Source: a virus (Duplodnaviria > Caudoviricetes). From it: a stretch of 26,246 nt of DNA. The stretch is from IMG/VR virus record IMGVR_UViG_3300030059_001537, positions 1 to 26,246 of that record. One strand, given 5' to 3'. This document shows, piece after piece, positions 17,308 to 24,819 of the stretch. The notes below the pieces were generated by a model. It was not told where the DNA came from. It saw nothing but the letters and a program-made list of their open reading frames with translations, and ran no database searches. A program made the position numbers and the translations under genes. How positions within the stretch are numbered: the stretch's first letter is position 1; each line of letters begins with the position of its first letter.

Positions 17308-19743
17308 TTATCGTGGATCAAATTCTGCTAAGTCAAAACCATCTAAACTATCTTCGTTAGATTCAAAATTTATAGAAGGTAAATCACGCTTTCTTTGTTC
17401 AATCATTTTTGATTGTTGAGTCGCTTGTAGTTTTGTTCTAAAATCTTTAGAATCTTCTTTTTGTTGATCTCTATTATTTAATTGGGATTGTTCAACTCCT
17501 TTTAATTGCATTTGGTAATTAAATTCAGTTTCCATTAAACTTCTTTTTAATTCTGCTTCTGCTTTTAGTTTTTCAATTTCAAAAGAAATATCTGCTTGTC
17601 GATATTGCATTTTAGATTGAGTTTCCATTTGTATTTTTTGAGCTTCTAATGCCGCTGTAGCTTGTTGCGCTTGCATTGCCATTTGCGCTTGCATCTGCTG
17701 CATCTGCATTTGTTGTTGTTGCTCGGCTTCTTGTTTATTCTTACGTTTTAATTTAAGAAGTTGATTAGCCATTTTAATGTTTCTTAATTCTCTAACATCA
17801 ATTGCATCTTCTAAACTAATATCGTTTTTAGATAAAGCCATTTGAATATTTGCTTCCAATAAAGCTTTTTCTTCTTCGTCAGGAGTAAGTTCTATAAATA
17901 TTCCAAAACTATGTAAATATAAATTCTTTATATCTCCTAATAATTTAATATTATATTTTCCAATTTGCATTGCAAACTCATCTTTGAATTCAGAATATTC
18001 TAAAACATCAGCCACTCTTATAGATAAAGCTTCTGCTATAGTTCTTGTAATATATAAACTTCCTTGTAAAATATGCCTGGTTGCAGTGTTACTATTTAAT
18101 GCTGCTAATTTTTGAACACCAACTAAAGAATTAGGATCTGGTGTAGAACCATCTCTTGCTTCATTTAATCCTGTACATTGTCTAATCATATCTAAATAAT
18201 GATTATAATTCTGAATTAACATTTGCATTTTGTTTGCACCACTTGACGCAGTTAATTGTTGAATAGGAACTCTGGCATTATTAAATTCTCCATCTTGAGT
18301 ATAACTTCTACCAACAACACTACCTGTTTGAAAGTATAATCTTAAAGCATCTTCTGGATTATAAGCATTACCTGTTCCTAAATCTACTTCATTTAATCCA
18401 TCAGCATCAATAAAAACACCATCTGGAACAACTCTTGAAACTACTTGTTGTATTTTTAAATGAGTCATTTGTATTAAATCTGCAAAAGGAATCATTCTAC
18501 GAGTTAAAGATTCTATAGTTCCTTTGTACATTCTTGGTGCGCAAGCTATATAATTAGGTAAAGCATATTGAGAGGCGGCATTTGGACGAACCATATTTTT
18601 AGCCATTTCCCATTTCAATATAATATTAGTACCCATAACCATTACACCATCATACCATACGTCAATCTTTTTTTCTATTCTTTCAAAGTTTCCTTCATCC
18701 ATCATTTCTTGTGGAGGATTAAACTCATCAGTTTTTTCTACTGTTTTAAAATTTCCAGAAGAATTTTGTTTTTTCTTGTAAACAAAAGAATGTGTAGTTT
18801 TATAATTAAAATACATAAGCGTACAAGTATCTCTTGCAAACATACTATTTTCGTAAAATTGAGCTACATTAAAATAATCATACCAGGCTTGACTATATTG
18901 TGATATCACTTCTAAATCATCATTATTAATTTCTGGATCAATTTTAACTAATTCAGTTATACCAACAGTTTTTATTTCACCCCAATAAAAACAATCTTTA
19001 AATTGTGGATCTTCTGTATAGCTATATACTACGTTTGCAGGATCAACATAATCTAACACAACGCCTTGTCCTAATTGAAATTGATGTCTTGTTATACCAA
19101 TACCAATTGTGGTAATATCATAATCAACTCTTTTTCTAATATCATTATAATGATTTTGAGATAACATTGTATTTATTGCCTCTTCCTCTGCAATTTCTAT
19201 AGCAGGTTTGTATTTTAAATTCATGTATAAAGCTAACTCCTCATCTGATTCAGGAAGTTCATCTTCACTCATAGTAAATACATTTACTCCAAAGTCTTCT
19301 TCTATTTGTCTAAATAAAGGTGCGGCTAACATATTGCCACGTACTAACTCTTCAAATTCTCCTCTTTTTTCAGAAGACATTGCATCTTGTGCGTAAGCTT
19401 TAACCTCAAATAATCTATCTGACATTCCGTTTACAACTATATCAACAAATTTAGGAATAATAGCTATAGGTGTCCAATCTAAATTTAAATAACTTAAATC
19501 ACCATCAATGGCTAATTCATTCTTATATTTAGCGACAGATTGTTCTCCTCTTGCATAAAGTCTTAGTCTATTAAATTCTTGCCATTGGCTGTAGAATCTA
19601 CATTGATTACCATCTTTACGAAACCATTCGTATTGTATTGCTTGTCCAATTTGCAATCCATATTCATCTGTATCCTTTTCAGCATCTGAAACGAATTGAT
19701 TTGGAAATGCTGCTGACTGTAAATTTATTTTTACTTCTTTCAT
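17308..19743 (-). CDS. Portal protein
   Basis: 811 aa directly after TerL (ATGA overlap). LNLDWTPIAIIPKFVDIVVNG and TGLNEARDG motifs, plus a long Q/M-rich C-terminal coiled-coil as in P22-type portals. Confidence 0.88.
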   Translation of the reverse strand: MKEVKINLQSAAFPNQFVSDAEKDTDEYGLQIGQAIQYEWFRKDGNQCRFYSQWQEFNRLRLYARGEQSVAKYKNELAIDGDLSYLNLDWTPIAIIPKFVDIVVNGMSDRLFEVKAYAQDAMSSEKRGEFEELVRGNMLAAPLFRQIEEDFGVNVFTMSEDELPESDEELALYMNLKYKPAIEIAEEEAINTMLSQNHYNDIRKRVDYDITTIGIGITRHQFQLGQGVVLDYVDPANVVYSYTEDPQFKDCFYWGEIKTVGITELVKIDPEINNDDLEVISQYSQAWYDYFNVAQFYENSMFARDTCTLMYFNYKTTHSFVYKKKQNSSGNFKTVEKTDEFNPPQEMMDEGNFERIEKKIDVWYDGVMVMGTNIILKWEMAKNMVRPNAASQYALPNYIACAPRMYKGTIESLTRRMIPFADLIQMTHLKIQQVVSRVVPDGVFIDADGLNEVDLGTGNAYNPEDALRLYFQTGSVVGRSYTQDGEFNNARVPIQQLTASSGANKMQMLIQNYNHYLDMIRQCTGLNEARDGSTPDPNSLVGVQKLAALNSNTATRHILQGSLYITRTIAEALSIRVADVLEYSEFKDEFAMQIGKYNIKLLGDIKNLYLHSFGIFIELTPDEEEKALLEANIQMALSKNDISLEDAIDVRELRNIKMANQLLKLKRKNKQEAEQQQQMQMQQMQAQMAMQAQQATAALEAQKIQMETQSKMQYRQADISFEIEKLKAEAELKRSLMETEFNYQMQLKGVEQSQLNNRDQQKEDSKDFRTKLQATQQSKMIEQRKRDLPSINFESNEDSLDGFDLAEFDPR

Positions 19744-21983
19744 TTATTAAGTAGTTGACTTACTGAGCTTTTATTATTATATCTTGCAAAGTTAATGCTT
19801 ATTTTTGATTGTTTTTCGACTGGTGTATACATATGTTTTTGATTAGCCATTATAGCTAACCCTGAACTAATTGAAGCATCAAACTTAGTCCTATTGTTTA
19901 TGTCAAATTTTGCCCAATCAGACAAAGTTCTTCCAAAATACATTTCACCCATATCATCTTTTGTTCTATACTCACCTATCATATCTAATCCTATATGTTT
20001 TTCAATATAAGATTCTATAGCAGATGCGTGAGACTGCTTTACATCTTCTGATGTATTCGGAATACCACCTAACTCTTTTTCTGTACGAGAAAGCTTGTTA
20101 TACCTCTTATCTGGTCTATTCATGCAATAACCTCTATAACCTCTGTTTTTAAAATGATATAATAAACGAGGTTTATTATTCTCACATAAAATTGGCATTC
20201 CAAAAAATATACATGCCATTAATACTTCTTCAAAAAATATTTCTGCAGTTTGAGGTCGAGCTATATATTCTAAAAAAAAATGATTAGAAGGAGCTTCATC
20301 TATATTAAATTTAGTTAAACCATGTAAAGACCCATTTGATCCTTTACCAACAACTACACCTGAAATGTCATAAGAATCACATCCAAAAGTACCTAAGTGT
20401 TCATTCCCAGGATACTTCTTTCCGTTTCTTTCAACAACTCTATTTTGCAATTCTTTTCTTGGTGTCCAAGTTACAAAAAATCTTCCATTTTTATTTGGAC
20501 TCCAAATCACTTGAGTATCTTTAACACCATCTTTCCATCTAAAAGAACCTTGAGTAACAAAATGTTCTTTTATTAAAGAATCATTATAATCTATTTGTTG
20601 ATATATTTTAGTTAAATTAAATAAAGACATCTTAGATTCGTCTCTAAACGCATGAGATTCTGTTCGAGGAAATTGTCTATAAAACTCATTTAATGCATCT
20701 GGATCAGAAGACAATGAATCTACTTCGTTTTTCCAATAATTAATTGCACCAATATTAATAGATTCTCCATCAATACCTTTTAATGATTTAATTGGTGTTA
20801 TTAATACAGGCATACCATATATATCTATGTATCCTTCAAAATTCCATTCCATAGGAATAAATAAATTATATAATCCTGATTTAGTTTGACCATTAGCATT
20901 TCGTTTAGAACAATCGGAATCTTCAAATAATTTTTTAAAGTTATTACCACCTTTGTCTAATGCATTAGAAGTAGAACCCATCATGCATTTTCCAATTATT
21001 TTACTACCTAATCTTAAACATGTTTTTGTAACACGCCAGTTATTTAATATATTTTCTGGCCTTTCCCACTTTCCACTTTCGTCATGTAAAAGTAATTGTA
21101 ATTTTTCTCCATCATATGAATTATCAGATGTATTTTTCCAATCAATAGTTGTATCTAATCCTTCAAGTTCTTCATCTCCAATATCATACATGTTTTTTTT
21201 AGTAATCTTAGATGCAGGAACTCTGTAAGCTAATTCAGTTTTTGGTTTATCCATACCATCTTGAATTGGTTTAAAAAAGAAAGGATAATTATTAGATATA
21301 GGAACAACTTTATCTGTAAACATTTTTTTAGCATCAGCTCCAGTTTTAGATAAAATACCTATACGAGAATCTTTAGATATAGTTGCTCTATTAACTCCTT
21401 CTCCTGATGCCATAAAAGAAAACCCAGAACGTCTAATTTTTAAATAGCACATTCCAAAACTTCTATTATCTGCTTTACATGCTTCCCAGAATATAAAAAA
21501 TATTCGATTAGCTTCTCTAAAATCAGGATTACCTATATCTATTTTTGTCCATTGTAAATACATATAATGAGTTCCTGTAATATATGTAGGAAAACCGTTA
21601 TTTAAAAACCAATGCCCTTGTTCTCTGTTATTAAATTCTTCTTCAATAAAATCTACCCATTTTGTTTTAAATGTTTCAGATGTTTCATGCCATTGAAAAA
21701 TACTTTGAATTCTTTTTAATTCTTTAGGTAAAGGTGTTACTTTCCAAAATTGATTTTCTTTTTTTAATTGAGATTTTAAATTTGGTGTGAATGGTAAAGC
21801 TACATTTAAACCACTTATATTATATATGTCTCCTATAGTTCCATTTCGAGAAACAACAACTATATCATATTTTTGATTGTAACCATATTCCCAGGTACGA
21901 GAACGGTTTTTAATTGTTCTCACTTTATTAGGAACAATTTTATTATTTAAATAATATATTCTATTTTGATCTTGATTCAGCAA
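19740..21983 (-). CDS. terL: Terminase large subunit
   Basis: Walker A-like LKIRRSGFSF, Walker B LLLHDESGKW, coupling motif GSTSN, RNase H-like nuclease GCDSYD...CENN...FDASISSG. Start uncertain: TTG 21983 or GTG 21923; first ATG only at codon 141. Confidence 0.92.
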   Translation of the reverse strand: MLNQDQNRIYYLNNKIVPNKVRTIKNRSRTWEYGYNQKYDIVVVSRNGTIGDIYNISGLNVALPFTPNLKSQLKKENQFWKVTPLPKELKRIQSIFQWHETSETFKTKWVDFIEEEFNNREQGHWFLNNGFPTYITGTHYMYLQWTKIDIGNPDFREANRIFFIFWEACKADNRSFGMCYLKIRRSGFSFMASGEGVNRATISKDSRIGILSKTGADAKKMFTDKVVPISNNYPFFFKPIQDGMDKPKTELAYRVPASKITKKNMYDIGDEELEGLDTTIDWKNTSDNSYDGEKLQLLLHDESGKWERPENILNNWRVTKTCLRLGSKIIGKCMMGSTSNALDKGGNNFKKLFEDSDCSKRNANGQTKSGLYNLFIPMEWNFEGYIDIYGMPVLITPIKSLKGIDGESINIGAINYWKNEVDSLSSDPDALNEFYRQFPRTESHAFRDESKMSLFNLTKIYQQIDYNDSLIKEHFVTQGSFRWKDGVKDTQVIWSPNKNGRFFVTWTPRKELQNRVVERNGKKYPGNEHLGTFGCDSYDISGVVVGKGSNGSLHGLTKFNIDEAPSNHFFLEYIARPQTAEIFFEEVLMACIFFGMPILCENNKPRLLYHFKNRGYRGYCMNRPDKRYNKLSRTEKELGGIPNTSEDVKQSHASAIESYIEKHIGLDMIGEYRTKDDMGEMYFGRTLSDWAKFDINNRTKFDASISSGLAIMANQKHMYTPVEKQSKISINFARYNNKSSVSQLLNK
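19784..19804 (-). promoter_or_regulatory. 21-bp promoter-like element AAATAAGCATTAACTTTGCAA inside the terL 3' end
   Basis: Contains a perfect TAACTTTG (19787-19794), about 40 nt upstream of the portal ATG. Near-identical to 16903-16923. Confidence 0.6.
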
Positions 21984-22236
21984 ATCCTTTTGGAGTATTA
22001 TTAGTTTTTACGTTAATTCCCTCAATAATATTTTCTTCTTCTTGAATTCTTTTTAATATTTCAAATGCATCAAATATGGCTAACTTTTTTGTTGCCGCTG
22101 CATTTTTTAATCTATCTGCTGCTAATTCATCTTCAGCATCATATTTTATAATATCTTCTTTTGCAACTTTTATTAATTGTATAACAGCCAACTCACCTGC
22201 CTTTATTATTTCTTTTTTAATATCATTTATATTCAT
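21961..22236 (-). CDS. Putative terminase small subunit
   Basis: 91-aa helical protein directly upstream of and overlapping terL, ending GFAESRSK. Assignment is positional. Confidence 0.55.
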   Translation of the reverse strand: MNINDIKKEIIKAGELAVIQLIKVAKEDIIKYDAEDELAADRLKNAAATKKLAIFDAFEILKRIQEEENIIEGINVKTNNTPKGFAESRSK

Positions 22237-22237
22237 A

Positions 22238-22801
22238 TTAAACTAATAAAGTTATATTTCGTGTAAACATTCTGTATAGTTTTTCTCCATCTATATTAAA
22301 CTCATATTCAGAATGTGGTTGATAACTTATTTCATCACCTACATTTAATCCTAAAGATAATAATTCATTATTAATATACTTAATAGTTCCAAACAAAGCT
22401 TCTTCTTTTGAGAATTTTTCTATAATGTATTTTTTTTCTAAAGAAGGTTTTATAAAACAATAATTATTATATCCTTTCCATTCTTTATTATTTTTATATA
22501 AAAAAAACTGATCTGGATCTACAAAAAATAAATTTTCTTTAAAATAACTTTTTCCACTTTTTCTTCGTCCATACATATCATTATAAAATTTAAAAACATT
22601 ATGATGAACTAATAATAAATCACCAATAACTATTTCTCCAGAATAATTTATAGGAAGAGACACTACTTCAGCATAACGATTAGAAGATTTAAAATCTTCT
22701 TCAGACGTACTTGTAATAAAATCCATGTTGCCATAGGTTTTAATATTATCGTAACGTCTGTTGTTAAGTGGTTTAACAATAAACGAAAAAGGTGATTTCA
22801 T
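22238..22801 (-). CDS. GroES-like co-chaperonin protein with two tandem GroES-like halves
   Basis: Half 1: FIVKP...YAEVVSLP...IVIGDLLLV. Half 2: CFIKP...FGTIKY...LNVGDEISY...EFNIDGEKLYRM...NI. Both echo the GroES pattern (V.VGD.V....G.E...DGE.Y). Confidence 0.6.
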   Translation of the reverse strand: MKSPFSFIVKPLNNRRYDNIKTYGNMDFITSTSEEDFKSSNRYAEVVSLPINYSGEIVIGDLLLVHHNVFKFYNDMYGRRKSGKSYFKENLFFVDPDQFFLYKNNKEWKGYNNYCFIKPSLEKKYIIEKFSKEEALFGTIKYINNELLSLGLNVGDEISYQPHSEYEFNIDGEKLYRMFTRNITLLV

Positions 22802-23025
22802 TAAAAATTTATATTAAATTCTAAAGATATTGGTAAAGTTGTTTTAAACTCTTTCCATACTAAAACTTCGTTGTTTTTTTCAACCCAAATCTTATAAGAT
22901 TCAGACTCAGATACGTATTGAATTAAATGAATAGTATATGATCCTCCTAAAACTTCTTGACCTACTATGTAATGCATAGCACCAGACTTATAATCTGCTC
23001 CAATAGAAATTTTTCTTATATCCAT
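22801..23025 (-). CDS. Hypothetical phage protein (74 aa)
   Basis: Intact ORF abutting both neighbours (TAATG-type coupling). Confidence 0.7.
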   Translation of the reverse strand: MDIRKISIGADYKSGAMHYIVGQEVLGGSYTIHLIQYVSESESYKIWVEKNNEVLVWKEFKTTLPISLEFNINF

Positions 23026-23577
23026 TTAATTAAATGTTGATAAATCTAATATACGATATCTTAAATAAATTTTTACAAATCCATTTCCCTGTGTAGGATC
23101 ACTACCTGAATTTTGATTGCATTGTAGAATTGTTGGTGAATTAACTCCAACAATTTCAGGGGCAAGAGATTGAGTGCTACATACATCTGCAGTTCCATTC
23201 ATAAGAGTGTTGGAGATAGAACTATAAACATTAAGATTTCCATTTGTTGGATTTAATCCTTGCGTATAACGCATAGGATTAACTTGATTAAAAGGAGTGC
23301 TTCCTGCAGACAGAAAAAATAACAAGGAAAATATATGTATAACTTTATTTGCACCAGGTGCTGGAATTAAAGTTACAGGATTGGCTTCTAAATCTTTTAA
23401 CTGAGCAGCAGTAACTGTAATACTGAGAGAATTATACTCTTGTTCAAACAAATCTCTCATTGCTCTTAGTGTACATGTTTTTGTCGCTAAATTACTATTA
23501 GCATCAGTTAACACAAAATAATCATCCAATACTGGATCTATTTCTGGATAAATTTCTTTGTTGCTAATTCTTGCCAT
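23026..23577 (-). CDS. Putative tail-associated structural protein, paralog B
   Basis: MARISNK..YP......DYFVLTDA.S...TKTC...V.AAQ..DL..NP.T.I.APGANKVI...G.G..KI..RY.I shared with 23587-24147. Confidence 0.6.
   Translation of the reverse strand: MARISNKEIYPEIDPVLDDYFVLTDANSNLATKTCTLRAMRDLFEQEYNSLSITVTAAQLKDLEANPVTLIPAPGANKVIHIFSLLFFLSAGSTPFNQVNPMRYTQGLNPTNGNLNVYSSISNTLMNGTADVCSTQSLAPEIVGVNSPTILQCNQNSGSDPTQGNGFVKIYLRYRILDLSTFN
23339..23363. repeat. 25-bp perfect direct repeat, copy 1
   Basis: ataactttatttgcaccaggtgctg, identical to 23906-23930. Confidence 0.85.
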
Positions 23578-23586
23578 TATACTTTT

Positions 23587-24147
23587 TTAACTTGTTAATA
23601 AATTTATAATTTGATATCTTATATTAATTTTTATATTGCCATTTCCTGTTGTGGGAACACCAGCTGATACGTTATATTGTAATAACACTGGATCGTTTAT
23701 ACCAACTTGAAAATTAGAACCATTTTGAATAAGCGTTAAATCTTGAACTTCATTTACAAAACTTGCGGATTGAAAACCACCTATATTATTAGTACTTCCT
23801 ATTGGGTTATATAAAGTGTTGAGACCCTGGGTTATATTAAGTTGACTACCTGAATTAAACGGAATACCGTTATATTGAAGGTGTCCAATTATACTAAGAA
23901 CATTAATAACTTTATTTGCACCAGGTGCTGAAATTATAGTTAGAGGATTGTTAAATAGATCAAACATTTGAGCAGCATCAACTGTTACAGAAACATCGTA
24001 AAATGGTGAATCTACAATAACTTTTGCTCTTGAAATTGAGCAAGTTTTAGTTTCTAATTCACTACTGTCAGCATCAGTCAAAACAAAATAATCCTCTGGT
24101 ATTGGAAATATAACAGGATATTCTTGTTTGTTACTAATCCTTGCCAT
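23587..24147 (-). CDS. Putative tail-associated structural protein, paralog A
   Basis: Full-length similarity to 23026-23577. Confidence 0.6.
   Translation of the reverse strand: MARISNKQEYPVIFPIPEDYFVLTDADSSELETKTCSISRAKVIVDSPFYDVSVTVDAAQMFDLFNNPLTIISAPGANKVINVLSIIGHLQYNGIPFNSGSQLNITQGLNTLYNPIGSTNNIGGFQSASFVNEVQDLTLIQNGSNFQVGINDPVLLQYNVSAGVPTTGNGNIKINIRYQIINLLTS
23906..23930. repeat. 25-bp perfect direct repeat, copy 2
   Basis: Identical to 23339-23363. Confidence 0.85.
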
Positions 24148-24428
24148 TACACTTTTTTAAGTTCTTCTTTAGATTCTTCAACTTCTTTTTCTTCAGCTTC
24201 AGCTTCTTCTTTAGATTTTACCTCTCCTGTTTGTAGATTGATAACAGAATCTTGACCAAATTCTTCTATTAAAGATGCTTCCATTTCTTGAAAAGATGTT
24301 TGGATTTCACCAAGTTTTTTTACAATTAAAGATTGTTTAAAAGCAGCATCGGCTAAAGCCATTTTTGTGCTATTAAATTCATTTTGTAAATCGTGTACTC
24401 CTTTTAATTGTTCGTCAGATAATTTCAT
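24147..24428 (-). CDS. Hypothetical acidic coiled-coil protein (93 aa)
   Basis: Intact ORF after a promoter box. Heptad-like helix followed by LIEEFGQDSVINLQTGEV. Confidence 0.7.
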   Translation of the reverse strand: MKLSDEQLKGVHDLQNEFNSTKMALADAAFKQSLIVKKLGEIQTSFQEMEASLIEEFGQDSVINLQTGEVKSKEEAEAEEKEVEESKEELKKV

Positions 24429-24455
24429 TTGATTATATTTTTATATTATTTAATA

Positions 24456-24463
24456 CAAAGATA
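24456..24463 (-). promoter_or_regulatory. Bacteroidota-type -7 promoter box TATCTTTG
   Basis: Intergenic, 27 nt upstream of ATG 24428. Confidence 0.7.
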
Positions 24464-24474
24464 AGTATTTTTTT

Positions 24475-24813
24475 TTAGCTTTCCCATGTAAAAAACAAGC
24501 TTTCGTTTATTGGTGAAATTTCAAGTTTTATAGCTGCTTCTATAACTGCTTCCATTGCAGGCACATCTAATGATGCTTCTAACCATCCAATAACTATATC
24601 TTCAAAAGCTTCTGTATCTGCATAGGGAGTAAAAGGTTCTCCAGCTACGTAAGTATAATCTTGTGTTCCAATAGTAATACTTCTATAAGTTTTACCTCCA
24701 GATTCTTCAGAGCCTGTATAACACCACTGTACCGAGTATATTACATTATCTTTACCTTCTGCTTCAATGTGAGCGGACATTTCATTTATATCCCATTTGT
24801 AATTAATTGCCAT
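24475..24813 (-). CDS. Acidic protein downstream of the tail fibre (possible tail-fibre assembly/accessory protein)
   Basis: 112 aa, YKWDINEM...NVIYSVQW...FTPYAD....DIVIGWLE. Function inferred from position only. Confidence 0.55.
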   Translation of the reverse strand: MAINYKWDINEMSAHIEAEGKDNVIYSVQWCYTGSEESGGKTYRSITIGTQDYTYVAGEPFTPYADTEAFEDIVIGWLEASLDVPAMEAVIEAAIKLEISPINESLFFTWES

Positions 24814-24819
24814 ATCTAT

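Noticed and set aside
17640-17735. Gln/Met-rich low-complexity tract in the portal as a DNA repeat element
   Set aside because: Ordinary coiled-coil barrel region of P22-type portals, not a discrete DNA repeat.
851-20280. 9-nt homopolymer runs in coding regions (851-859, 17284-17292, 20272-20280) as phase-variation or frameshift sites
   Set aside because: Expected in very AT-rich DNA (Lys/Phe codons); the frames are intact and nothing else supports slippage.
2560-21963. Stop-codon reassignment (TAG or TGA) as known in some crAss-like phages
   Set aside because: Long genes are intact under the standard code. TAG ends genes at 2560, 13447 and 21961 and TGA ends terL at 19740, all at sensible boundaries. 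No suppressor tRNA is visible.
14289-21983. Introns, inteins or homing endonucleases in terL, portal or MCP
   Set aside because: The ORFs are continuous, of expected length, and show no intein ends (C...HN) or HNH/LAGLIDADG/GIY-YIG motifs.
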